Source: an uncultured Gemmatimonadales bacterium (GTDB taxonomy: Bacteria > Gemmatimonadota > Gemmatimonadetes > Gemmatimonadales > GWC2-71-9). Taken from it: 64,000 nucleotides of DNA. Positions 39,735 to 48,721 of this stretch are shown here, piece after piece. The position numbers were made by a program, and so were the translations under genes. Where the stretch lies: contig CAVYSW010000009.1 of assembly GCA_963771275.1 (NCBI GenBank), forward strand, positions 352,001 through 416,000. The letters run 5' to 3'. Numbering within the stretch: position 1 is the stretch's first letter; every line of letters begins with the position of its first letter. The notes beneath the pieces were generated by a model. The model did not search any database, was not told the origin of the DNA, and saw only the letters and a program-made list of their open reading frames with translations.

Positions 39735-39986
39735 ATGGAGATTCGGATATTCGGACCGGGGTGCCCACGCTGTCATGAGCTGGAAGCGCGCACCCGGGAG
39801 GCCCTCGGCGCCCTGAACCGCGACGCGAGCGTCACCAAGGTCGAGGACATCATGGAGATCGCGGCGGCCGGCGCGCTCCGCACACCCGCGATGCAGATCA
39901 ACGGGCGTTTCGTCCTCCAGGGGCGCGTGCCGGGCGTGCGGGAACTGACGACCATGCTGGCGAAGGCGTTTGACGCGGAGCCCTAA
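39735..39986 (+). CDS. Small thioredoxin-like protein (MTH895/ArsE type)
   Basis: GPGCPRC, TPA..ING...GRVP; GGAGG RBS; frame is open back to 39471. Confidence 0.85.
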   Translation: MEIRIFGPGCPRCHELEARTREALGALNRDASVTKVEDIMEIAAAGALRTPAMQINGRFVLQGRVPGVRELTTMLAKAFDAEP

Positions 39987-40032
39987 CAAGGCGCCGGGCT
40001 CATGAAGACGAGACTCAACAAGGGAGGGAATC

Positions 40033-40290
40033 GTGGAAGTCGTTGTTTATGGACCCGGATGCAGCAACTGCCGCCGCCTGGAGGCGCAGGCGCGCGCGGC
40101 GCTCGCGGCGTTGGGGCAGGAGGCACGCGTGATGAAGGTAACGGACTTCGTGGCCATGGCCGACGCGGGTGTCATGCGGACCCCAGCGCTCGGCGTGAAC
40201 GGGAGCATCGTCCTCCAGGGACGGGTGCCGGAGGTGGCCGAGCTGTCGAGCATCATCGCGTCCGCGCTGGAGCGGGCCGGCGGGCGGTAG
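40033..40290 (+). CDS. Small thioredoxin-like protein (MTH895/ArsE type)
   Basis: GPGCSNC, GVMRTPAL.VNG, GRVP. Confidence 0.85.
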   Translation: MEVVVYGPGCSNCRRLEAQARAALAALGQEARVMKVTDFVAMADAGVMRTPALGVNGSIVLQGRVPEVAELSSIIASALERAGGR

Positions 40291-40366
40291 GCGGGCGGTA
40301 TTCCCCAGCGTCCTCGCGGCTGTCCGCACGCTTCACCAAGGCCGTCGAGCCGTCGCGAGGCGACAC

Positions 40367-40747
40367 ATGACCACGCGGACCGGAGATAGAACGGTGACGG
40401 GACACGAACCGAACCCGATGGAGATCCTGGGCCGGATCTCGCCCATAGGCGCCCGCAGCTATATGGAGCACCGGGCGGCCATCATGGACAACCCTGCGCT
40501 GGCGGCCCTTTCCCTGAAGACCAAGCTGCTCGTGGGGATCGGCGTGGCCGCCGCGCTCCAGTCCAGCCGTTGCACCCTGATGTGGACGAAGCAGGCCCGG
40601 GCCGCGGGCGTGGCCGATGCCGAGATCGTCGAGGCCGTGCTCGCCGCCCGCCTGATGAAGGCGGCCACCGTGAACGACGCCGCCGCGGAGGCGCTGGCCT
40701 GGCTCGGAGAAGCCGGCGTCAAGGCTGCGGGCGCGGGCACCTCCTGA
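40367..40747 (+). CDS. Carboxymuconolactone decarboxylase/AhpD-like protein
   Basis: ALSLKTKLLVGIGVAAA, AR.AG....EI.EAV; SxxC in place of CxxC. Confidence 0.75.
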   Translation: MTTRTGDRTVTGHEPNPMEILGRISPIGARSYMEHRAAIMDNPALAALSLKTKLLVGIGVAAALQSSRCTLMWTKQARAAGVADAEIVEAVLAARLMKAATVNDAAAEALAWLGEAGVKAAGAGTS

Positions 40748-41216
40748 TGCGCAAGGGAACGAGATTTCTGGCGGGGGGGTCGTGGTCCTCGCCGTCGCGA
40801 TCGTGCTTGGCCTCAAGTACACCTCCCGCGCCGCGGTACCCGGCGGGAATGCGGCCTTCGACCCCGCGGCACCGGTCCCGATCGAGCCCATCCCGGCCAG
40901 CTACGGTCCGTCCACGCCCGGGATTCCGCGCCTGGCGGCCCTGGGAGCCGGGGAGTGCATTCCCTGCAGGGCCATGGCACCCATCCGCGCGGAGCTGCGG
41001 CGCGAGTACGCCGGCGTGCTGGCCGTGGACTTCTACGACGTGTGGAAGGACCCTGAGGCCGGGCGACACTTCCGCATCTGGGCCATCCCGACGCTGATCT
41101 TCTACGACGCCGCCGGCCGGGAGCTGGGCCGCCGCCAGGGGTTCGTGTCGAAGGCTGAGATCCTCGCTACGTACGACCAGTTGGGCATCCTGCTGATCCC
41201 GAAGAGTGTGCGCTGA
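40747..41216 (+). CDS. Membrane-anchored thioredoxin (frameshift in G-run near 40773-40779)
   Basis: N-terminal TM, LGAGECIPC, IPTLIFYD..G.E..R..G. Confidence 0.8.
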
Positions 41217-41222
41217 GTCCGC

Positions 41223-41917
41223 ATGCGTCATCTCCTTGAAGCGCTCAGCGCCACGCTCAACGGCGCCCCACTGCTGGCCCTCGCCGGGGCCGCCGGCTGG
41301 GGCCTGGCGAGCCTGCTGCTGAGTCCCTGCCACCTCGCGAGCATCCCGCTCATCATGGGCTACGTGGGGGGGAGGGCCGTCCCTCGACGCGCCGGGCGGC
41401 GGGCACCGCCCTCGCGTTCGCCGGCGGCATCCTGGTGACCGTCGCGCTGGTCGGCGCGGTCACGGCCCTGCTCGGACGCACGGTCGGCGCGTTCGGCTCC
41501 GCGGTGACCTACGTCGTCGCCGCGGTCTTTCTGGTGGTCGGGCTCGAGCTGGTCGGCGTGATCGAGCTGCGGTGGTGGACGCCGGGACTCCACGGCCTGC
41601 GGCGGCGGGGGCCCGCGGGCGCGTTGCTCCTGGGTCTCGTCTTCGGCCTCGCGCTCGGGCCGTGCACCTTCGCGTTCCTCGCCCCGGTGCTCGGCACCGC
41701 CCTCACGGTGGGATCCAGGAATCCGCTGCTGGCCGTTGCGCTGACCCTGGCATTCGGTGTCGGCCACTGCGCGGTCATCGTCGCGGCCGGGACCTCGACC
41801 GGCCTGGTGCAGAGACTGCTGGCCTGGGACCGGCAGTCCAGGGGCCTGACGGCGTTCCGGAGAGCGAGCGGAGTCCTCGTGCTGGTGGGAGCCATGTACC
41901 TCGTCTATCGGGCATAG
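41223..41917 (+). CDS. CcdA/DsbD-family membrane protein (frameshift near 41370)
   Basis: LLSPCHLASIPL and LGPCTFAF motifs in two frames flanking a G-run. Confidence 0.85.
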
Positions 41918-42002
41918 GATCGGCATGAACACGCATCGCGCGCGGCAGCATCGCGCCGCAACAAGGTGAGGCGCCCCGCGCCACGGAGGAAGGGGGACCA
42001 CC

Positions 42003-42095
42003 ATGGTGATCCGCGTGGTTGGACCGAAGTGCCCGCGGTGTAATGCACATCATTGGGTCCGCGCTCGCGGAACGGGGCGCTGTAGGCGGACCTGA
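42003..42095 (+). pseudogene. Internally deleted third small-thioredoxin copy
   Basis: Good RBS, MVIRVVGPKCPRC, then out-of-frame IIGSALAERG resembling the end of 40033-40290. Confidence 0.55.
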
Positions 42096-42154
42096 CGGGC
42101 GGCGCCGTTCTGACGTCCGTCGCTGTCGTCGTCGCGAGGAGTGAGGAGCACGAG

Positions 42155-42556
42155 ATGGAAAGCCCCCAGGAGATCCTCAGCACCCGGAAACGGTACGCGC
42201 TGCTCGGCGCGTCGGCGGATCCGGAGAAATACAGCTTCGAACTGCTCGCCACCCTGCGGAAGGCGGGGTACGTGGTGTACCCCGTCAACCCACGGTACGA
42301 GACGATCGAGGGACTTACGTGTTACCCATCCCTCGCCGAGCTCCCCGAGCGCCCCGAGGTGGCGATTGCCGCCCTGGCGCCGCCGAACACGGAGCGCATG
42401 CTCGCGCAGGTCGCCGAGCGGGGGATCCCGGTGGTCTGGATGCCGCCCAACTGCGGGTCCGCGGGCGCCGTGGCCGAGGCCGAGCGGCTGGGGCTGGCGG
42501 TGATCCACGACGTCTGCCCGATCGGGCAGCTGCTGCAGATGGGCAGGGCACCGTGA
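42155..42556 (+). CDS. CoA-binding protein (YccU-like)
   Basis: GAS..P.K, VYPVNP, G..CYPSL, VW..P, DVC. Confidence 0.88.
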   Translation: MESPQEILSTRKRYALLGASADPEKYSFELLATLRKAGYVVYPVNPRYETIEGLTCYPSLAELPERPEVAIAALAPPNTERMLAQVAERGIPVVWMPPNCGSAGAVAEAERLGLAVIHDVCPIGQLLQMGRAP

Positions 42557-42599
42557 CGAGTCCGAGGGGCCCCGGTTTCCGCTCAAGCGGCGCAGCCCC

Positions 42600-43283
42600 A
42601 TGAGCCAGCCGGGCACGCCGGGTCCGAGCCTGACCGATCTGGCTGAGCAGATTCGCCAGCTGCTGAGGCTGCATCTCCACACGCGTCGGTTCAAGAAGGG
42701 GGCGTTGCTCTGGCGTGAGGGAGAGACCTCGGGCCTGCTGGTGGCAATCACGACTGGCCGCGTGAAGATCTACCGGCTCCTGCCGACCGCTAAAGCCGTC
42801 ACGCTGTTCCTCTTCGGTCCGGGCGACGTCTTCGGTTTCCTCCCGTTCCTGGATGGGGGCGCCTATCCTGCGTACGCCCAGGCGATCGAAGACGTCGAGG
42901 CCGAGGTGCTGCCGCGGTCGGCGCTGCTCCAGGCCCTGCGGGCCGATCCGGACGTCGCGGTCGCGCTCATCGCGCTGCTCGGCCGCCGCCTGCGCGCGGC
43001 GATGGACCTGATTCAGGGGCTCTCCACGCCGGGAGTGCAGGCCCGGGTGGCTGCGGCGCTGCTCGCGCTGGCCGCCGAGAACCCGGCGAACGCGCCGCCG
43101 GTCATCACCCTGCCGGTCACGGCCCAGGAGTTCGCCGGCGCCATCGGCATCGCCCCGGAGACCTTCTCCCGCAGCCTGACCCAGCTGGAGGGCGCCGGAC
43201 TCCTGGCCCGTGAAGCCCCCGGGCGCTACCGGGTGCTCGATCTGCCCGGCCTCAGCCGCGCCGCCGCACCACCGGTGGAGTGA
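42600..43283 (+). CDS. Crp/Fnr family transcriptional regulator
   Basis: cNMP-like domain (G.VKI, GPGDVFG); HTH ETFSR. Confidence 0.92.
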   Translation: MSQPGTPGPSLTDLAEQIRQLLRLHLHTRRFKKGALLWREGETSGLLVAITTGRVKIYRLLPTAKAVTLFLFGPGDVFGFLPFLDGGAYPAYAQAIEDVEAEVLPRSALLQALRADPDVAVALIALLGRRLRAAMDLIQGLSTPGVQARVAAALLALAAENPANAPPVITLPVTAQEFAGAIGIAPETFSRSLTQLEGAGLLAREAPGRYRVLDLPGLSRAAAPPVE

Positions 43284-43293
43284 GGTTGGCCGA

Positions 43294-43311
43294 TCTTGAC
43301 CGCGGTCAAGA
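43294..43311. promoter_or_regulatory. Fnr-box-like perfect palindrome
   Basis: TCTTGAC-CGCG-GTCAAGA between the regulator and the fmdE-like gene. Confidence 0.7.
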
Positions 43312-43397
43312 CGCTGTGGGTTGCCATCCCCCATCCTTCCACTCGACGCCCGGCGCGGGGCCGGGCGAACCGAACTTCCGAGTGTGAGGTGAACGCC

Positions 43398-44039
43398 ATG
43401 ATTGACGCGCGAGAGTTCTTCGACGCCGGGCTCAAGCTGCACGGCCACAAATGTCCCGCCATGCCCCTCGGGCTTCGGGCCGGCGCGGCCGCGATGAATG
43501 CGCTGGGGGTCGAGCGGTCCCAGGACAAGCAGCTGCTGGCGCTGGTGGAGCTGGGCGACGACCACTGCGCCCACTGCTTCGGTGACGGCGTGCAGATGAT
43601 CACCGGCTGCACCTTCGGCAAGGGCAACATCCAGCAGTTGGGCTACGGCAAGTTCGGGCTCACGCTGGTGGACAAGGCGACCGGGCGGGCGGTGCGGGTG
43701 GTGCCGAAGGCGGAGGCGCAGCTCCAGACGAAGCGGACGCCGTTCTTCCAGGAGTACCGGATGAAGGGCGTGCCCGCGTCGAAGGTGCCCGCCGAAGTGG
43801 TGGAGCCGCTGATCGCGCAGGTGTTGCACGCGCCCGAGGACCAGCTGTTCACCATCGGCGAGGGGTTCGACTACGCGGTGACGAACCAGCCGGAGAACTT
43901 CCACTCGTTCATCTGCGATCGCTGCGGCGAGATGGTGGTGGAGCCCTACGGGCGGCTGGTTGGGAAGCATAAGGTCTGCATCCCGTGTCAGGCGGAGCTG
44001 ATGACCGCCGAGCGGACCGCGGTCGAGCGCGCGGCATAG
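43398..44039 (+). CDS. FmdE family protein with C-terminal Zn finger
   Basis: HGHKCP...G.R, CFGDGVQ...GCTFGKGN, CDRCGE...CIPC. Confidence 0.9.
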   Translation: MIDAREFFDAGLKLHGHKCPAMPLGLRAGAAAMNALGVERSQDKQLLALVELGDDHCAHCFGDGVQMITGCTFGKGNIQQLGYGKFGLTLVDKATGRAVRVVPKAEAQLQTKRTPFFQEYRMKGVPASKVPAEVVEPLIAQVLHAPEDQLFTIGEGFDYAVTNQPENFHSFICDRCGEMVVEPYGRLVGKHKVCIPCQAELMTAERTAVERAA

Positions 44040-44055
44040 ACCGCGGGGGCCACCG

Positions 44056-44811
44056 ATGGTGCTGTATCTCGCGGTCTCCGTCATCATTCTCCTGGCGTCG
44101 TTCCTCTTCGCGATGCTGGGATTGGGCGGCGGGATGGTCTATGTCCCCGTCCTCACGTGGGCCGGGTTTCCGGTCAAGGACGTGGCCATCCCGCTGGGGC
44201 TCCTGCTCAACGGGCTCAACACGCTCCTGGCGCTCATTCCCTTCGCCCGCAACAAGCTGGTCGATTGGAAGGGCGGGCTCGCCATGGCGGCCGCGGCGTT
44301 CGTGCTGGCGCCGGTCGGCGCCTACACGGCGCAGTTCGTGCCGATCAAGACCCTGCTCCTCTTGTTCGCTGCGGCCGTGGTGGTGGCGGCCATAAGGATG
44401 ATCACCGTTGCCCGGCGGCCGGAGCCCGAGGCGATCATGTCGCTCGCGAAGCGATCGGTCATCGGCGGGTTCGTGGGTGGCTTCGCGGGCTTCATGGGCG
44501 GCATGCTGGGGTTGGGCGGCGGCTTCATCATCGCGCCGATCCTCATGTGGATGGGGTACCGGACCAAGGAAGCGGCCGCGACGACCGCGTTCGTGGTCAC
44601 CTTCTCCTCGCTCTCCGGCTACCTGGGGCACATGGCCGAGGGGCACATGAACTGGCCGCTCACGATCGCGGTCGTGGTCGCCGTCATCATCGGGTCGCAG
44701 CTCGGCGGGACGTTCATGTCCACGAAGGCGAAACCGCGCTGGGTCAAACAGCTCTACGCCGTCGTGCTGTTGGCGATCGCCGTCAAGCTTATCCTGGGAG
44801 TTCTGGGATGA
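44056..44811 (+). CDS. TauE/SafE (TSUP) family exporter
   Basis: Two GLGGG motifs in a duplicated multi-TM layout. Confidence 0.9.
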   Translation: MVLYLAVSVIILLASFLFAMLGLGGGMVYVPVLTWAGFPVKDVAIPLGLLLNGLNTLLALIPFARNKLVDWKGGLAMAAAAFVLAPVGAYTAQFVPIKTLLLLFAAAVVVAAIRMITVARRPEPEAIMSLAKRSVIGGFVGGFAGFMGGMLGLGGGFIIAPILMWMGYRTKEAAATTAFVVTFSSLSGYLGHMAEGHMNWPLTIAVVVAVIIGSQLGGTFMSTKAKPRWVKQLYAVVLLAIAVKLILGVLG

Positions 44812-45806
44812 GGCGAGGCGGCGCGGCGGTGGTCACGCTCGCCCTGGCGGCGCTCGCGTGGGTGGTGCCGGCCCGGGCCCAGGATCGCGTGGACTGGCAC
44901 GGGTACACCCAGGTGCGCTTCACCGAAGGCAGCGACATCTCGAGCTTCGCGATCCGGCGCGCCAAGCTCTGGATCGAGGGCCCCGTCCCGGTGAGCAAGC
45001 ACTTCCACTTCAAGGTGCAGGGGCTCTTTCGGCCGGCGAACGCCGGCGCCTTCGTGCTCCAGGACGGCTACGCCGAGTATCGCTGGGAGCTGGGGGCGGT
45101 GCGCGCGGGCCAGATGGTGCCCGATTTCGCCCTCGAGCGGCAGCAGCCGGACTACGACATACCGCTGGTGGAGCGCGCGGCGGTCATCAACGTCTTGGTC
45201 CCGGCCGCGACGACCATGGCGCGGGACATCGGCGCGCAATTGACCATCGGACCCGCCAACGGACCGTGGCACGCGAGCGTGGGCCTGTTCAACGGGAACG
45301 GCGCGAACCACCTGGCCAACGAGGACAAGCGGTTTCTGGCGACCGGCCGGGCGACGTACACCGCCCGCCTCGCGTCCGGTGTCGCCTGGGAAGCGGGCGC
45401 CTCCGCTGCGTTCCGCCGGTCCGGCGGCATCGATCTCAGCGGCATGCTGGGTGAGGGCGAGCCATTTGCCGGCACCGATACCCGTTGGGGCGTCGAGAGT
45501 CGGGTGACGGCCCCGCGCTGGCACGTCCAGGGCGAGTATCTCCGAGCCACGCTGGACAGCACGACGGCCTGGGGCTGGTACGCCCTCGCGGCGTTTGCGG
45601 TCACGGCGAGGAACCAGATCGTGGTGTCCACCGAGCAGCTCCAGGTCCCGAATCCGGACATCCCGCGCCGGCCGTGGTACATCCTCGGCTTCAATCACCA
45701 CATTGCGCGGGACCAGGCCAAGGTGATGCTCGACGGTCGGGCGCAATTCGAGGACCCGCGCACGAACTGGTCGGCGACGGCGCAGTTCCAGCTGTTCTTC
45801 CACTGA
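44808..45806 (+). CDS. OprO/OprP-like porin
   Basis: Signal peptide; GY.Q.RF, F.IRRA.L, AGQ..P.F..E, RDIG, G.FNG.G; aromatic C-terminus. Confidence 0.75.
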   Translation: MRRGGAAVVTLALAALAWVVPARAQDRVDWHGYTQVRFTEGSDISSFAIRRAKLWIEGPVPVSKHFHFKVQGLFRPANAGAFVLQDGYAEYRWELGAVRAGQMVPDFALERQQPDYDIPLVERAAVINVLVPAATTMARDIGAQLTIGPANGPWHASVGLFNGNGANHLANEDKRFLATGRATYTARLASGVAWEAGASAAFRRSGGIDLSGMLGEGEPFAGTDTRWGVESRVTAPRWHVQGEYLRATLDSTTAWGWYALAAFAVTARNQIVVSTEQLQVPNPDIPRRPWYILGFNHHIARDQAKVMLDGRAQFEDPRTNWSATAQFQLFFH

Positions 45807-45817
45807 GGTGTCGGTAG

Positions 45818-46401
45818 ATGACACGAATACATAGATCGCCCGGCTGGCATCGCTGGCTCGCAGGCCGTCCCTCGGTTTCGGTGGAGAGAACCATGGTCGC
45901 GATGCTGCTGTCGAGCGTGTTGGCCTCCGCTCCCGTCTCGGCGCAAGCGCCGGGCGCGGCGCCCACCGACTCGACACTGCGTGCCGCGCCGCCGAGCAGC
46001 GACGTGACCCAGGCCAACAAGCTGCTCGGAACGCTCATGAGCCCGTTCTGCCCGGGGCTCACGCTCGCCAACTGTCCCAGCGTCTACGCCGAGACGCTCC
46101 GGGTCTCGGTGCGGGAACGCCTCGACGCCGGCCAGGCGCCGGACTCGATCGTGGAGTCGCTGGTCGCCGCGTTCGGTGAGGGGATTCGGGGCGCGCCGCG
46201 GCCGCAGGGCTGGGGCTCGTCCTGTGGGCGCTCCCCGCCGTCGTGGTGGGTGTCGGCGGAATCGCCGTGCTGTGGTGGTTGCGAACCCGTGGCGTGCCTG
46301 CGGCCACGGTCCCGTCGCAGGGACACAGCGGTGCCGTGGGTTCCCCGGTCACCCCTGGCAACCTCGCCCGGCTGCAGGCCGAACTCCGGAACTTGGAATG
46401 A
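45818..46401 (+). CDS. CcmH/NrfF-like protein (frameshift near 46212; start uncertain)
   Basis: LMSPFCPGLTL..CPS, then GLVLWALP TM in the shifted frame. Confidence 0.7.
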
Positions 46402-47365
46402 GCGACGCCGTCACGCCTCCGCCCGGGGCGGACGTCCAACGGTCACGTACACGCGACATGCCGGCGCCGCTCGAGACCCGTCACCCCGAGCCCGACGTCT
46501 CGGTCACCCGCCTCCTGATCACGATGGTGCTCAATTTCGCGATCACGATCGCGGAGATCGCCGGCGGCCTGCTGTCGGGCAGCCTCTCCCTCGTCTCGGA
46601 CGCCCTGCACAACTTCTCCGACGGTATCGCCATCATCATCACGTATCTGGCGATCCGGCTCAAGCGGCGGGAGAAATCACTCAAGCACACGTTCGGCCTG
46701 AAGCGGGCCGAGATCCTGGCGGCCGTGATCAACGCCGCCGTGCTGCTCACGATCTCGCTCTACCTGTTCGATGAGGCCGCCCAGCGGCTGATCCCATCCG
46801 GCCCCCGTGCAGGGCGGCCTGATGGCGGGGGTGGCCCTGCTCGGCCTGGCGGCCAACGTGGTGGGGACCTTGCTGCTGCGGCCGGACGCCGCCCACAGCC
46901 TGAACGTGCGCTCGGCGTACCTCCATCTCCTCAGCGACGCCGCCTCCTCGGTGGGGGTCGTGCTCGGTGGCCTCGCGGTTGTCGTCTGGCGCGTCTATTG
47001 GGTCGATCCCGATCCTCACACTGCTCATCGGCCTCTACGTGCTGCGAGAGAGCTTCCGAATCCTGTCGCAGGCCGTTCACGTTCTGATGGAAGGCGCGCC
47101 GCCGGGGATCGACCTGCAAGCGCTGCGCGATGCCGTCGAGGCGCTCCCGGAGGTCGACGACATCCATCATCTCCACGTGTGGACGGTAGGGGAGAACGAC
47201 ATCCATCTGGAGGCCCATCTCAACGTGCAGGACATGCGGATCAGCGAGGGGGGCGAACTCCGCCGGGCCATCGAGATCATGCTGCGGGCGTCGTTCGGCA
47301 TCAACCACGTGACCATCCAGCTGGAATGCGGGCAGTGCCGGGAGGTGGGGTTGATCAAGGGATAG
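46398..47365 (+). CDS. CDF-family (CzcD-like) cation efflux transporter (frameshifts near 46795 and 47008)
   Basis: SLSL.SDALHN.SD, TFG.KR.EIL, N.RSAYLH..SD, LMEG.P, IHHLHVW, HVTIQ.E. Confidence 0.88.
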
Positions 47366-47384
47366 CCGCGTCCGCTCCGTGGCC

Positions 47385-48596
47385 TCAGACCCCCGCCTCA
47401 CCGCCGGGGTCTCGGAGCGTCGGCGCCGCCGTGGCCGCCCGGTCTGTCGCTGAGGCATCGGTGTTGACGAGCGTGGCACGCCGCCCGAGCCACGCCAGTA
47501 CGGTCCCCAGCACGATCCCGACCAGATAGCCGTAGGGGAGCCCCACCGCCGTGAGTCCCACGAGCACCGTCACCGGGAAGTCGCGGCCAGACGGCGCGAC
47601 GTCGCGCACGAGCCAGATGAGCCCCAACCCCTCGAACAGGAGCAGAACGCCGAGGACGGGGAGCGGGAAGGCCCGCACGATCTGGTCCATGCCTGGCCCG
47701 AACAGCACGCCGAGGGTGACGAACACCGAACCGTAGATGACGACGGACCCGCCGGTCCGGCCGCCGAAGGTGTAGTGCCCCACCATCCCGCCCGACCCGT
47801 GGCACGTCGGCACGCCTCCCAGCCAAGGATTGACGAGGTTCATCACGGCGTAGGTGAGCCCGATCTTGCGGATCGTGATCCGGCGCTCGGGGAACAGATC
47901 CTTGGCCAGCTGGTGGGTGGCGAGCACCGAGTTGCCCAGCGAGAGGGGGATCTGCGGCAGGGCGAGCAGCACGAAGCCGGTGGCGATGTCGGCGAGCCGA
48001 GGGATGTGCGTGGACGGGAGGTGCAGCCCTACACTCGCGGCCACGCTGTCGGGGTCCAACCGGAATGCCGCATACACCAGCCCGAGCGCCACGACGGGTA
48101 GGGCCGCCGGAAGCCGGCGACTTCCCAGCAGCAGCACCACCACAGTGAACGCGGCGCCGGCAAGCCAGTATCCAGATACGCCCTCCGCCCGCACGTAGTT
48201 CTGGAGCGCGATGCCCGCGAGCTGGAGGCCCAGGCCGAACTGAATCCCGCGCACCACGCTCTTGGGGATGACGCGTGCCAGCCAGGTAAGCAGGCCGGTG
48301 GACGCCAGGAGCAGCATGACGACGCCAATGGCGAGCCCGGCGCCGTACAGGACCGGCGCCGGCGTCTGCTGGGCGATGACGATGGCGGCCATGGCCTTGA
48401 GCGGCTGGACCGGCATGGGCATGCGGTACACCAAGCCGGTCAGGATCTGCATGGCGCCGAACATGATCAGCACGCTGGCGCCGCCCAGCTGCGCGGCCAG
48501 GGCGACGCCGACCAGGAGGGGAACGTCGGTGCCCATGTCACCGAAGGCGCCGGCCAGCTCGTGGCGGTTGAAGCGGATGCGCGGGGGTGGGATCAT
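47385..48596 (-). CDS. Putative molybdate/sulfate transporter (MOT1-like)
   Basis: ELAGAFGD.GT..P, PMPVQPLKA, P.CHGSGG...HY.FG.RTG. Confidence 0.85.
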   Translation of the reverse strand: MIPPPRIRFNRHELAGAFGDMGTDVPLLVGVALAAQLGGASVLIMFGAMQILTGLVYRMPMPVQPLKAMAAIVIAQQTPAPVLYGAGLAIGVVMLLLASTGLLTWLARVIPKSVVRGIQFGLGLQLAGIALQNYVRAEGVSGYWLAGAAFTVVVLLLGSRRLPAALPVVALGLVYAAFRLDPDSVAASVGLHLPSTHIPRLADIATGFVLLALPQIPLSLGNSVLATHQLAKDLFPERRITIRKIGLTYAVMNLVNPWLGGVPTCHGSGGMVGHYTFGGRTGGSVVIYGSVFVTLGVLFGPGMDQIVRAFPLPVLGVLLLFEGLGLIWLVRDVAPSGRDFPVTVLVGLTAVGLPYGYLVGIVLGTVLAWLGRRATLVNTDASATDRAATAAPTLRDPGGEAGV

Positions 48597-48721
48597 GCGG
48601 CCAAGGTGCAGCGCCCGTGCCGGAACGTCCAGCACCCCCGTGCCGCGGGGCTCAGGCGCCACGGTGGCCGGGCCGAATGCCTCACCGCCCTCCGCCAACG
48701 GCTCCGCCCGGGGAAAAGGGC

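Noticed and set aside
37768..47365. Selenocysteine read-through or programmed frameshifting in the redox genes
   Set aside because: Redox motifs use Cys codons, and the breaks are indels without in-frame TGA or a shared slippery signal
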